A DNA stretch of 63,962 bases, the filler included, from Octopus bimaculoides (lineage: Eukaryota), in the NCBI RefSeq assembly GCF_001194135.2. It is 4 parts of 3 records of this genome, joined end to end, with 100 filler letters (N's around TTAATTAATTAA, not from the genome) between each part and the next. Parts side by side here need not be neighbours in the genome. Positions count along the whole stretch, not along the records: positions 1 to 27,082 come from NC_068991.1; positions 27,183 to 41,216 come from NC_068990.1; 2 more parts are not named here. The stretch is one strand, 5' to 3'. Of this stretch, positions 27,062 through 39,859 are shown one piece after another (position 1 is the stretch's first letter; each line of letters starts with the position of its first letter). The position numbers and the translations under genes were made by a program. Under the pieces are notes generated by a model. That model was not told where the DNA came from and made no database searches. It saw only the letters and a list, made by a program, of their open reading frames with translations.

Positions 27062-27082
27062 GTGGAGGCGCAATGGCCCAGT
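27062..27082 (+). mobile_element. SINE family C head cut off by an assembly gap
   Basis: gtggaggcgcaatggcccagt matches the family C start. Confidence 0.7.
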
Positions 27083-27182
27083 NNNNNNNNNNNNNNNNNN
27101 NNNNNNNNNNNNNNNNNNNNNNNNNNTTAATTAATTAANNNNNNNNNNNNNNNNNNNNNNNNNNNNNNNNNNNNNNNNNNNN
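27083..27182. other. Assembly gap spacer (44 N + TTAATTAATTAA + 44 N); same at 41217-41316 and 62207-62306
   Basis: Identical 100-bp layout three times; the 12-mer places stops in all six frames. Confidence 0.9.
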
Positions 27183-28233
27183 CAATATATATGATACATG
27201 TCTACAATATATATAAAATAATATATACGTATGTGCAATGATTATTCTACCCACAGCGAAAATTCCAATATTGAAATGAATCTCACCCACCACTACCATC
27301 CACCAGGTTTTATTTTTTGTCGTGCACTACAAGTTCTTAGTAACTCAGAATCAGCCAGAAGGTTTTTTTGAAAGAATATAGCAGATTGTAACCTCTCTTT
27401 CTTTCTTTCTCTCTCTCTCTCGCACGCACAAACGCGCTCTTATACACATTCACTGATACATATACCCACTCTTGCACTGAGTTTACACCAAGGAATTATT
27501 GCTATAAATTAGATGACAAAGTTCAATTGTCCAGCAATAAACATTGATCTCCTGATTTGGTGTAAGTTATTATGTTCGTCTATCGAATTTCATGTTAAAT
27601 CTATTTTGGGGATGTCGAAAAATATATTTTTCCAGAAAGTAATTTTCAACTCCAGGCAAAGTTTTATGCTTTTATTTATATTTAATATTTCATATTATAC
27701 CAACCGAAACAAAATATCGAATGAAATGTCGGTGCAAAGACCATGGTGCCAAGATAATTAGGTTTGCAATTTACCAAAAATCTGAACGCTGCTTTTTGCC
27801 CTGAAACCTTTGAGTAGTAAATTACTACTGCCACTGTTTACGAGCTTCAACAGTTGGTTTAATTTTATGCTTAAATGCTCTACTACACATACACACTGGC
27901 GCACGCTCACACACACATACAGGCGCACTGCGCACGCATACACATAAGCTCGCGCACGCGCACTCGCACATGGGCGCACGCACACATGCACATACGCAGT
28001 GGGATGGTTTTATACTGCCAGATCATATTGGCCGGTGATCCTGTAGGGAAAGTAACACATATTGAATTTCTGTATGATCCGAACTCGCACTTTTCACTAT
28101 TTGGCAAATGTTTTCTGACCAAAGAAAATTTTCATGCTAGATTTCGTTTAGTTAGAAATGATTTCTGTCTCCTCTGGTCATTGTCCACATCTGTATGTAA
28201 GCGTGTATGTGCCTAATATAGACAAAGAGAGAG

Positions 28234-28667
28234 GGCGGCGAGCTGGTAGAAACGTTAGCACGCCGGACGAAATGCTTCGCGGTATTTCGTCTGCCGTTAC
28301 GTTCTGAGTTCAAATTCCTCCGAGGTCGACTTTGCCTTTCATCCTTTCGGGGTCAATTAAATAAGTACCAGTTACGCACTGGGGTCGATGTAGTCGATTT
28401 AATCCCTTTGTCTGTCCCCTCTATGCTTAGCCCCTTGTTGGCAATAAAGAAATAAGAATCGTTAGCACGCCGGGCGAAATGCTTAGCGGTATTTCGTCTG
28501 CCGTTACGTTCTGAGTTCAAATTTCGCCGAGGTCGACTTTGCCTTTCATCCTTTCGGGGTCGATAAATTAAGTACCAGTTACGCACTGGGGTCGATGTAG
28601 TCGATTTAATCCCTTTGTCTGTCCTTGTTTGTCCCCTCTGTATTTAGGCCCCTTGTGGGCAATACAA
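28234..28667 (+). mobile_element. SINE family A head-to-tail dimer (period ~207 bp)
   Basis: Two units; junction gcaataaagaaataa|gaatcgttagcacgcc at 28455/28456. Confidence 0.92.
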
Positions 28668-30106
28668 AGCGGGTGCATGAATGCAGGTGCTTTATGTAAA
28701 CTTCTTTGTTAAACTTATGAACCGACAAACACGGCTACGTTCACAGTTCGTTTCCTTTGTAGTATTCTTTTTTTATATCTTCTAATTCTTTTTTCTCTTT
28801 CTGTGTTCCAAATAATGATTTTGAAAAGAATTTTCAGAGACACGAATTTATAAGGAAGGGATAAATTTGGCCGAACTGTTGCCGTTTTAAGGCATATCCA
28901 CACTAGACAATTGTCCGGGGGCCTCACGTGCCTCATGGTTTTAGAGTCTCAATTCTGATTTGTGTATACTGTAGCTTGCTGTTATTGAATACTATAAGGC
29001 CCAGTGCATTGTAATACCCGGCGACCTCTGATGCTAGTAAGGCATCCTTGCCGTTACCTATTTTTTACCTACAGATAATAAGAGCAAAGCCGACTACATC
29101 GGGATATGAAATCAGGTCTTAAAAACAAATGTGAGTTTCTGTGCGTGTTTCCATGACGTCTTGGTTTATATATCAGCCCATTTTGTGAAGGGCAGAGAGA
29201 CCGTACAGCAACTAATATGGGTCTTATTTGAAATCAGGTTAACCCCATGACAATTTCATTGGTCCACCAACCACCAGTACAAAGTAGAATCACTCTGTAG
29301 CACTTTCAGTTCTTACCTCCAGCTAAAGGCAAACTAAGAAATATAATAATGAATGTAGAAATAAAGAGAACAAATAAAGTGAATATTGGCTTAAACTGTG
29401 AGAATAATAAACACTTTCGGAACTCCTTTAACTTTTATATGTGCATCGTCAACGAAACACTTTTCATGTTGGTTTGGAATTAAATGTATCTGAGTAGTAA
29501 TTTTATTACTGAGCAAACGAAATCAACAAAACAAGAAGTGATAATTTATTTCTTCATATCGAATCCATTCTCCAAGAAAAATTGATTTTCTATAGTATGA
29601 ACTACCTAAATTTTTCTTTCAAACGGTTTTTAAAAGTTACATTAGAATTCGCGAACAATAAAAGTTACATTATTTTCACTGAAACACCGCTCAGAAAGTA
29701 CACATTGATAGCAAGATAGGAATGTGGCAAAACAAGATGAGAAGAGAGGGGGCGAGAAAAGACATAAATTTTTTTTCAAAAGCCAGAATAGCGAAACCTC
29801 GTGGGTTCCAGCGAAAATGTGTGAAAATATCTTATGAAATGTTGATACAACAAACTTGGGTGAAGTTTTAGACTGGAAAAATCTGCTAAAAATCAACAGT
29901 ACTAAGACTCTTGAGGATCAGCGAAGTTTTGCTTCATAAATTTATTTGTTTAATAAAGAATTATTGATGTTATCTCTTGGCTTTCTTTTTACACTTTCTT
30001 CAATTTTATGGTATCACTTTTAGCCAAAAGCCCAACAACACCCCGTGGGAACACACACACAAACACACACTTTCCTCTCTCTCTCTATATATATATATGT
30101 CTATAC

Positions 30107-30208
<102 letters not shown>

Positions 30209-30214
30209 TTATAG

Positions 30215-30255
<41 letters not shown>

Positions 30256-30336
30256 GCGAGTGCGTGTTTTATGTACGTATATATACGTGTGTGTGCGTGT
30301 GTGTGCCTGTTTATATGTAAGTAATGTAAGTACATA

Positions 30337-31385
30337 CAGGGTGAGACATTGTTTATGCCATTTGTGTGAATTTAGACCTTCATCAGTTTTGACATAGTGC
30401 TGATTATGGCAGACTCGAGAGACTGTATGGTATAATGGAAGTATTGATTGACTTCTCTGTTGACTACGTTCCCTATTTAATATTCCACTGAACTGAGGTC
30501 TGGTGAACCAGGAGGTCCTGTTTCTGGAAGGATATGATCACGGAGATTGGCACGCCTCCATGCTTGGGTTGTCCTAACCTTACGACACAGCGTAGAATCT
30601 GGTTGAATGACGTATGGTCTTCCGTTGCGTACTCTGTCTATCCAACGCCTCACAACTTTCTCCAACATCTCTGTGTAGACAGCGGCATTGACTCTCAAGC
30701 CCTGAGATAAAAAGTGAGAGGGTATGAATCTCGCTCGTTGCTGGCAACTCCCAGAACCATCACAGTTATTGGGAACTTAATATGCTTGACTGCTGGAACG
30801 TCCACCATCTGCCGTTCCTTTGATTTACCTTTTAAACCCGATCGAAGTTTTTTTCATCGGAGAAGTATCAAATCATTCCAGTCTGTTGGTGTTTTAACTT
30901 GTTTAGCAAGCACCTTGCACGGATCAAACGATTCTCTCTCGTTACATCAGACATAAACTTACCCCGCCGCATCACAAACGATTTGTGCTAGATGTTCTCG
31001 TGCACAATTCATATGATAATGAATTGATGTATTGTGAAACCTTGAGATCTTTGTAATAACTGATTGACTTTACAGAGGTTTTAATTGGTTATTTCTTTTT
31101 CTTGTTTACAAAATTATATGCTCTGATGGTATCATGGCCCTATACTTGTGTTTGGGGCTTAGCTATTGATGTTGGCTCCTCATCAACAGTTTCCAGCTCC
31201 TTTTGAATTATGACATCGAAAGATCGAGCAACTTTCAGGAAGCAAGCTATCTTTGTAACACTATGCTGTGCTTTTAAGGCAACGATTAAAGCGTGCCTTT
31301 TTGTTAGATGAGTCTGAATAAAAGGTAAAAAGAAAGAAGTTAGAAGAAATGGCGCTTGAAAGAGGTGTGCTCCCAAAACTGACGC
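30337..31385 (-). mobile_element. Decayed maT/DD37D transposon
   Basis: N-terminal KRHALIVALKAQHSVTKIACFLKVARSF (~31230-31310), FSDEK, TVMVLGVASN, YVIQPDS, PPGSPDLSSVEY; TA+cagggtg end at 30335-30343; the other end is uncertain. Confidence 0.85.
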
Positions 31386-31388
31386 ATG

Positions 31389-31442
<54 letters not shown>

Positions 31443-33909
31443 GTGCGTGTGCGCGTGCGCGTGTGTATGCATGCATGTATGTATGTAGATAGATAGATAG
31501 ATAGATAGACAGATGGGAGAATTGTAATTCTGGCTATCGCCTCATTGGAACATCAGCGTAATATTCCAAAATCAGAAAGGAGATCCATACAACTTCGATG
31601 GATATAAATGAAAGTATTGCACTACACCAAAGTAAGATCTAGTAGGCTTAAAATAAGCCCTGCTGAGGGAATAATAAAAATAATAATTGAAATGCAGAAA
31701 GTATAAGTCAAATTGGCATTACAATTGTTTTCATAAACGCTCAATATTTTTATTCCATATCTCTCACAATGTTATGTAATACAAGCCATAATGTATGGAA
31801 ATATGTAATAACTCTACAGACCATTCGCTTCCTTTGATGTCATGATCTGAAGATACCATCGACCAAGTAAATGTTTTGGGATGAGTTCAATTGGGTGTAA
31901 CACAATATTTAAATAGACCGAATACTTATAACTTTTATTTGATATCTCCTGTAGTTTTTAGAGAATAAATCTTAAAAGGTAAAGAAGAAAGTCAAAATAA
32001 AGTTAAAATAAAGCCGGTTGGAATTTATCTTATAGATCAAGGCATTAACTATAGACTATAGAATGAACATCAGCCATTTAATGACTTTTACGGCGACAGT
32101 AGCAGCCAGAGAAGATTTGCAAAGGAAGTATACGCTTTTAATTCACCCACCCTTCTCAATCCTATCGAAATCACACACTCATCGACAAACACAAATACAC
32201 ATAGTGACATGAAAGCATCCACATACCTACACAGATATAACTGCAATTCTAACATCACTGCACTCATACGATATGGGCACGCATACGCGGATAAATATAT
32301 ATATATATTGACAAACACAAATATACGACAAATTTTATTTGTTTTTCTCTCTTCCGGAAGATCGTGAAAGGATATTAATGATGTCTCTTTCTTACAGCTA
32401 AACAAAACCAGGAAAGAAATTGCTTCACTTAACGGCAAATGAACTCATTATATATAAGGCGGACTACACAATGGAATCATAAAGCTGTTTAAATAAAGAA
32501 ATCATCGCAACAGCTTCATTGATTAACTTTATGCTAGCAGCTCTGATCAAATAGACTTACAGCAGGATTTAGAATTGAAACTGCTTTAGCCCTGTAAAAA
32601 GAAATATTTTACAGCATATCAAGCAACAGCCAATTATATTACAGCTGTAATCATATGATCGATGGAATTTTTCATGATTTTCCTGCCACAGCTTGGCTAT
32701 AACTATAGAAGCGTGAGACAATCAGTGCGGAAGTTGAGACAGGAGCCTGAAAGTACAGACGAACCCAGGAATCTTGGTCGCTGCACGACCTCGGGTTGAA
32801 AAGCATCACTTTAACTACAATGCCCTTCTCTAAACACATAACACGGGATTCTTACATCTCACCGCATTAATACGTTGCTAGCCAATTATCAACCAAAACG
32901 CAATGTATATTCCTGACTCTCTTCAGGTAAACAGTGACACAACATCAAGCAAGTAACCATTGTAAATATTGTAAAGGTTATGTATGAATCAATGGTCTAG
33001 TCATAATTCTAAATGTTCTTGGTTTTATATGGGGAAAAAACGCGCGGCCTGAATCAGCCTTACCAAATAATACCGACCTGTGAATGAACTACAAAGTTTT
33101 TCTAGTGGTGCTATTCTAACTTTTTTCCGTTGATGATTTGAGGGAGGTTTGTTATTACTCGTATGTCTATTGCTCACATAAAAACTTGTAGTGGAGATTA
33201 TATTTGAAACCAAGTTTGCTCAATGACGAAAAATAGGCCACAATATATCAGGTGACTTGCTCTGAATTTTGATCAATAGTATTTCAGCTGCAATCGTACG
33301 ACAAATGGAATTTTCAATAAATTTTCCCACCAAAGTGTGGTCATAAATATTATAGAAGAGCAAGACAATCTGTGCAAAGGTTGAGAGAGGTTCCAGACGA
33401 GAGAGACGAATACAGGATTCATGGTCGGCTGCTCGATCTCGAGTTGAAAAGTATCACTTCGTCTACAACGCACTTCTCCAATCACATACACAAAACATTC
33501 TTAATTATCTCACCTCTAACTACTAATACGAACATGTAGCTTGCCAACTCTTAGCAAAATACTACATACACATGATACTCATTATTGGCAATCAGTGATA
33601 GAGCCTCCCTGACCAGTAACTTTTGTCATCGTTGTAGTGTTCTTGTATAAATAAACAGTCAATATAATGGACTTTTTTTATAAGGGAAAAACACGCAGCC
33701 TAAACCTATCTAACCAAATAACCTAAATATTCAACAACCCATTAATCCAAGTTACAAACCTAATTTAGATGTGTTGTGGCCTAGCGTAGCAGGACCATCT
33801 AAAGAATGGCTCCGTCCAGAAGGCTGGTAAAGGAGATATCACTTCGCGAAGAAAGAACAACGTATATTGAACATCTCAGAACCAAGTTGCAGTTTTTATG
33901 CCTTTTAAT

Positions 33910-34209
33910 TGAGGTCTCAGATATGTACAAGTAGAGTAAGTTATACAAAATATTTACAAGTGAAGACCATGTTCATCTTCTGTGGAATCCAAGCCATAGT
34001 GGCTTAATGCGTACTTGCTGTTGCTTGTCTCATGGTTGTGCATCTCTCTCAGATGAGATTAAGAGCTGAGGAAATCACGTCTTACTCGCTGAGAGCCTCG
34101 GTGAAAAAGAGAGAGAGAGAGAAGTCCCATAATTCCAAAGTTACACGCCAGTCCACCTAGCGGCGAGCTATTGAGACAGCTACCGTCAGGGGAGGTAACT
34201 GCACCTACA
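33910..34209 (-). mobile_element. Putative 3' LTR of a Gypsy element
   Basis: On the minus strand it starts TGTAGGTG right after a G-rich PPT-like tract (34210-34221); the lower boundary is inferred from an imperfect TG(T)AGGT terminal repeat. Confidence 0.5.
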
Positions 34210-34620
34210 GCCACCCCCACTAAGACCGCAAACGGTCGGACTAAAGGAAAGTAGGCGAAATGGACGTGTGAGATGGGAAGGCACAGAAAATGAAGCATGG
34301 CAATACAATTGCATGAACAATGCAAAGTTACAAGCATGGAAGAAACATGCAGAAAAAAAAATGTCTGTTCGTGAAGGGAACAAAATGTGTGATACATAGA
34401 TAGTCTCCTTTTGTCTTCGACTGGCAAGTCAGAAAATAGGAACAGTCTTGCTGAAGAAAAAATGTGTGTATGTTGTGTGTTTGTACATGTGTACAGCGTT
34501 TCTTTGTTTGCAAGCAAGTGTGTAAAATGTACAATGTTGCTGAGAAGAGAAAAATGCGTGCGGTGTGTGCACAACAGACATAAGAGTATATTCACCGGAA
34601 CAGTTTATGACAAGGCAAAC

Positions 34621-34985
34621 TTATGAAATATAGATTGCCTTGGACAGTTTCTTCGGCCAATGAACCGATCAGGCCGAGCGTGTCATGTAGGGTGAAGAAG
34701 AATGTGTTTGCAAAGTCTGTTTGGTAGTGAGTGGGGGAGGTGCTTGTGGTAGTGGAGGTGTCTGTGAGAGTGGACGTGTCTGTGGTGTGATAGGTGTGTC
34801 TGCGAGTGGTATAAGTGCTTCAGGAAAAGCTTTATTCACTCTGCCAATAGAGATAGTCTCTTTTTACCGTTAATGTCCACGGTAAACAGTTTAGGCGTGC
34901 TCTTAAGAACACGATAGGAACCTGAGTAAGGCGGTGTGAGTGGTCCTTTGGCGGAATCATTCCATATGAATACATGACTCCATGT
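34621..34985 (-). mobile_element. Gypsy (CsRn1-like) integrase C-terminal GPY/F region, pseudogenised
   Basis: SHVFIWNDSAKGPLTPPYSGSYRVLKSTPKLFTVDINGKK, frameshift, ETISIGRVNKAF; later TRSA*SVHWPKKL. Confidence 0.8.
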
Positions 34986-34991
34986 GGAAAT

Positions 34992-35009
34992 ATCACGTCG
35001 GGGTCACCA
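34992..35009 (-). other. Primer binding site complementary to the tRNA-Trp 3' end
   Basis: The plus strand reads atcacgtcggggtcacca, the last 18 nt of eukaryotic tRNA-Trp including CCA; Trp priming is known for the CsRn1 clade. Confidence 0.85.
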
Positions 35010-35011
35010 AT

Positions 35012-35480
35012 TATAACGAAGATGGTTAATGGGGATTATGTGTGAATGTATATATACATATCTATAAATTGCGATGAAACAAACTGGTAAGCGACAATTT
35101 ATTCTCCGTTATAAAATACAATTATTGCCATACATGAAATAAAATAACATAACAGGTTACAACAGAGATGTGTGAGAGACTTCGTGGTTAGGATGGACTG
35201 TTGATCTTGTAGACAAAGTTGAGGTAATATTGGTGGTGTGTAGAGGCAGCCGTTGGTTTGTTGGTCGTATGGTGTTCACACAGCAACGATGTAGGCAGGG
35301 GCCTGGTAGAGATGAACGCGGAGACTGGCTGGTGTCAGATGCATCTTTGTCAGAGACGAGTTGCGTGAGGTCAGTGGCATGTGCCAACGACGTAGAACAG
35401 TTGAGAACTGCACTTCTTATAGAGAATAGTGGGCTCCCAAGAGAGATGAAAAATTTTCCGCCAAGAGAACACGTGATACA
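35012..35480 (-). mobile_element. Putative 5' LTR next to the PBS
   Basis: 2 nt from the PBS; termini TATAAC (TG mutated?) ... GATACA; on the minus strand a TATAA near the start and AATAAA ~85 bp from the end. Confidence 0.55.
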
Positions 35481-35676
35481 TTTTAGCGCATCTGATTAGT
35501 TGACCGTGTAATTTGGCACAATTGTTTAGGGGACAATTTGCGCCAAAAAACTAACCTATCAGAACAATGGTTTTTATAGCTAAGTGTTTTCTGCTACGTC
35601 CAGACAACGCCTATAAATGAAAGGGAGAGAGATTAATTTGCTATCTTTTAATTTGTCGATCCGTTCTGCTACATGA

Positions 35677-35986
35677 TAGGTTCTCAAAGTGGGCGCTACG
35701 CACTCCGGTGGGCGTTGAGACGGTCCAGGTGGGCACTGGTGCCTAATGGAGAGAAAAAGGAGGCATTGAGAGGAAGGCAGTGGACTGGGGGATGCTATGA
35801 ATTTATTATAATATCATTATAGTATTGTATACAAATTATATATTATGTTAAATATCAAATGATTTATAGTATATATAAATTAGTAAAATATAAAATATCT
35901 ATTTATATTCATAAAAATAGGGGTGTGGCGCTGAGGGTATTATGTAGCCATGAGAGGGGCAGTGGACCAAAATGTTTGAGAAACTG
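35677..35986. mobile_element. hAT (Charlie-like) MITE, diverged
   Basis: ggttctcaaagtggg ... ggggcagtggaccaaaatgtttgagaaactg. Confidence 0.65.
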
Positions 35987-36465
35987 CGCTGCACTAATGT
36001 GCTAATTTGCATTTATTTGTTGTGGCCTGCGAGTCACTTCCCGTTTGAGCAGTCGACAGAGCAGTTTTCTGTTTTGCTCACATGTATATATAAGTATTTA
36101 TAAGCATATGCTTATTGCTATATAGATATTATTTTACTATTACACCCGTTTCAGGAGGAAAAGTTTACCCGGAAGGTATATATTACATACTTATATTTAT
36201 CATTCTCAATATAACAGGAATCTGGCACAGCCGTCACTATCATTAGGTATGAAATAAAACCTGTTTCATCTGGTTACGGTTGATGAGGTCTACAATTTAG
36301 GCACAGGGTCAACAGTTTTTGAGAGGATTAATACTTGTAGCAGTTTTACTGTAAATTGCTTGACATAAATGAGCGTGTATCATATTTAAACTACAGTATC
36401 TGAAAAGTATACGAGCAGCTGGGACTAAGTGTGTAATTAGCTTCACACACTGAAGGTTATAAATA

Positions 36466-36520
<55 letters not shown>

Positions 36521-37255
36521 ATATATATATATANNNNNNNNNNNNNNNNNNNNNNNNNNNNNNNNNNNNNNNNNNNNNNNNNNNNNNNNNNNNNNNNNNN
36601 NNNNNNNNNNNNNNNNNNNNNNNNNNNNNNNNNNNNNNNNNNNNNNNNNNNNNNNNNNNNNNNNNNNNNNNNNNNNNNNNNNNNNNNNNNNNNNNNNNNN
36701 NNNNNNNNNNNNNNNNNNNNNNNNNNNNNNNNNNNNNNNNNNNNNNNNNNNNNNNNNNNNNNNNNNNNNNNNNNNNNNNNNNNNNNNNNNNNNNNNNNNN
36801 NNNNNNNNNNNNNNNNNNNNNNNNNNNNNNNNNNNNNNNNNNNNNNNNNNNNNNNNNNNNNNNNNNNNNNNNNNNNNNNNNNNNNNNNNNNNNNNNNNNN
36901 NNNNNNNNNNNNNNTATATATATATATATTTATACATACACACACACCCACATATATGTATATATGCACATCAGTCGATCTGTCTGTCTGCTCGTATGTA
37001 TGTATGTCTCACTAAGGACGAAAATAAACGTATGTAGTGAGTTGTTCAGTTGTCTAGACAGTTCATCGTAAGCACATCAGTCAACTACTGAACAGTTTTC
37101 ATATGGAATGTCTTAGGCAAATATGCAAATCTAAGTCGGATGATAGAGTATAGAATAGTTCTATCCTGGAAATATATGGAATATCCGGAACAGAAAAGCT
37201 TTCTCAATCAGGTCTCAGGTGCGATGGTGTGGACACATCTTTCACATGAATAATG

Positions 37256-37403
37256 CAGGGCCGGTCTCAGGAATTTTCCGAAGGGTGGGCACAAAGTCAG
37301 AAGGGAATACAGTTCCAAGAGAGAAGAGTAAAATAACATTATTTAGAAGGGCGTGCTTCTTTTCTTAAGAAGGGTACGTGCTCCTCAGACTCCCCCCCCC
37401 CTG
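37256..37403 (+). mobile_element. Short MITE-like repeat, inverted relative to 38702-38843
   Basis: Reverse complement aligns colinearly with 38702-38843. Confidence 0.65.
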
Positions 37404-37482
37404 TAATGGTCGAATACCAAAATAAATATTTTATGGTCAGCTTGTAAATTCACGACATAACGTTGGCCAGTCACTTCCACGG

Positions 37483-37590
37483 TATAAGTACACATTCAAA
37501 GATGATCTGATACGCCTGAATATTAGGAATGAAAAGTTTGAGAATTATGCGAGAAACCGTGAAGACTTGAGGAGAGAGCGTCTTTTCTAG
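37483..37590 (+). mobile_element. Possible RTE-type LINE C-terminal remnant
   Basis: YKYTFKDDLIRLNIRNEKFENYARNREDLRRERLF* resembles the R-KD-LK--L----I---WE--A-DR--WR tail motif. Confidence 0.4.
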
Positions 37591-38153
37591 CTTTAAAATT
37601 TCGAAACTCAAAGAGTACTTCGTTCGGAGCAGTTACAAGGAAATAGGAAAGTAAACCAATAGAGTAACTGTCTTCCCGCAAACCACCATTGTCCTCTTTG
37701 TGATTTGTCAGCTAGATCACATGCCGGTTTAAGAAGTCAGGCTCGCCACATGAAGAGTCACCAAGTGAGATGAATGAATTGTAAACATTGGTGAATAGTA
37801 GTAACAGTAATGTAATTGTGTTGTTGCTTGTCTATTTGGTTGGATTTTTTTTCTGCTTTCTTTGTATTCTCGTTCAACATTGACATGTCGTCTTCGACAG
37901 AAGCGTGAGTCATACAGACACACACACACACACACACACAGAGGAAATCTGTAATTGTCACTAAATGCAACTGAGGGTGTTAGAACACCAGAACCCAGAA
38001 ACATGTAGTTAGCAAGCAAATTCTTACCACATAGTCACACCTGCGCCTATACACAGCCACATGTGCACCTATGTACAGTCACGTTTGCGTGTAGACATTT
38101 ACGCCTGTGCTATATTTAGCCACGCCTGTGCCTGTACATAGCCACGCCTCCAC

Positions 38154-38185
<32 letters not shown>

Positions 38186-38701
38186 ATCTACGATCCCTTT
38201 TGATCGAAAATCTACCCCCCACCCTAATATTTTCTCTCTCTCCTTCCCCTTCCCAAAAAGAAAAGCTCTACTTTGTACCTTGTCCCCTCTGTGTTCAGCC
38301 CTGTGTGGCTAATAAAGAAACATATCTATTTATCTCCCCCNNNNNNNNNNNNNNNNNNNNNNNNNNGAAGAAAAGATCTACATTGTAATTTGTCCATTTT
38401 CTGTATTTAGCCCTCGGTGGCTATAATAAAAAGATATCTATACATGCATACACACACACATATATATAATTTTCAGAATAGTTGACTGTGATCAATGAAT
38501 ATATAATAGACTGACAGGTTAACACTCTACAACATGTAAGTAAAATGACTCTAATAGTTCTTTAATATCTATATTTATCTTTCAAAGCTGAAACTTTTGT
38601 TCTAAGTTGCTATCTTTAGCAGGTCAGGAGACCATGCAAAAGGTTCGTGTGCTGTCCCTAAGGGGACAAACAGTCTCTACTTGTGATATCAAGGGTGGAC
38701 T

Positions 38702-38843
38702 CAGTGGGGGCCTGAGTATCACGTGCCCTCCTCAAGAAAAGAAGTGAGCCCTTCTTAATAATGTTATTACGCCCTTTTCTCCTGGAATTGCATTCTCTTC
38801 TAGCCTTGTGCTCTCCCTTCGAAAATTTCCTGGGACCACGCTG
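38702..38843 (-). mobile_element. Second copy of the short MITE-like repeat
   Basis: gcccttcttaataatgttatt and cccttcgaaaatttcctgggacc match the reverse complement of 37256-37403. Confidence 0.65.
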
Positions 38844-38930
38844 GGTATATCTGGCAATCGAAGTATCGATTGGCTAAAATTGCATAATTTTAAATGTTTG
38901 TAAACTTTTAATTACTCATTTCTAGAGAAA

Positions 38931-39110
38931 GGCGGCGAGCTGGTAAAATTGTTAGTGTGCCAGCCAAACAAAATTTTAAGCTGCATGTCGTCCGTCATTA
39001 CGTTCTGAGTTCAAATTCCGCCAAAGTCGACTTTACTTTTTATCTTTTCAGTAAAACAAGTACCATACAATGGGGTCGATACAATCGATTAACAGCACCC
39101 TCTTAAAGTG
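38931..39110 (+). mobile_element. SINE family A, diverged
   Basis: ggcggcgagctgg head; ttacgttctgagttcaaattccgcc. Confidence 0.8.
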
Positions 39111-39123
39111 CTGGGTTTGAGCC

Positions 39124-39721
39124 TGTAGCAAGCACGTCCGCAGTTTGGCTCTTTACCTTTAAGTACCCACATTTTGGCTCATTACGTAATGGTCGAGTCC
39201 CTCTAGATTTACGCGGGCTGTCCACGCCATCACGTGACAGACCAGCCAAGCGCACTACCCTCAGCTATATAAGAGAGCTTTACCCGCTATTTCCTCAGTG
39301 AGGTGGGTTTTGCACGATGGAGTTCGGATCTTCGGCAGAGAGCAAGTTTTATTTTCGTAGGCAGCCTCAGCTATTCTTCGACGTGTACGTTGTTCCTGTC
39401 CTCCAGCAGAAATTATGTCTCATATGTGTTTTTCTTGTTCTGTCCAGCATACATCATCATTATGTACCAACTGCACGTTAAACCTTTGTGTATATATTCT
39501 GATCTTTCTTTCAAGATGTATCTCTTTGCCGTCATTGCATTTAATCCTGGTTCCCCCCTTCTTCCTTTATCTATACGCGCAGCCTTACTCAAACCGACAT
39601 TATTTATCAACCCAATCTTCGGCAGTTAAAAGCCAATATTTGAAACCATTATTAATTTCTAAAGAAAAAAGAAATTACTGTGATTTTCACCATCAGTATC
39701 CATAGCTCCATCAGAACTACA
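39124..39721 (+). mobile_element. Candidate solo LTR
   Basis: TGTAG...CTACA inverted termini, CACGTG and CTATATAAG promoter-like motifs, GC-richer than the flanks; no matching TSD. Confidence 0.4.
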
Positions 39722-39859
39722 GATTTTGAAGCTTCGAGAAACTTCAAGTGGTTGGAAGAAATTGAAAAAGATCCTTGAATTCTATTAATCTGTAATAGAT
39801 ACAGTTTCAATAGTTTGTTTTCATGTATGGATGTGATGTATATATGTGTGTGTGTGTGT

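Noticed and set aside
27127-27138. TTAATTAATTAA islands inside N runs (also 41261 and 62251)
   Set aside because: Identical 44+12+44 layout marks a synthetic scaffolding linker.
27835-27860. Minus-strand ctgttgaagctcgtaaacag, resembling the hammerhead variant
   Set aside because: No stem II and the GAAA is disrupted; probably coincidental.
28234-28667. Repeat-spacer appearance suggesting CRISPR
   Set aside because: Units are ~207-bp SINE copies without unique spacers, in eukaryotic DNA with no cas genes.
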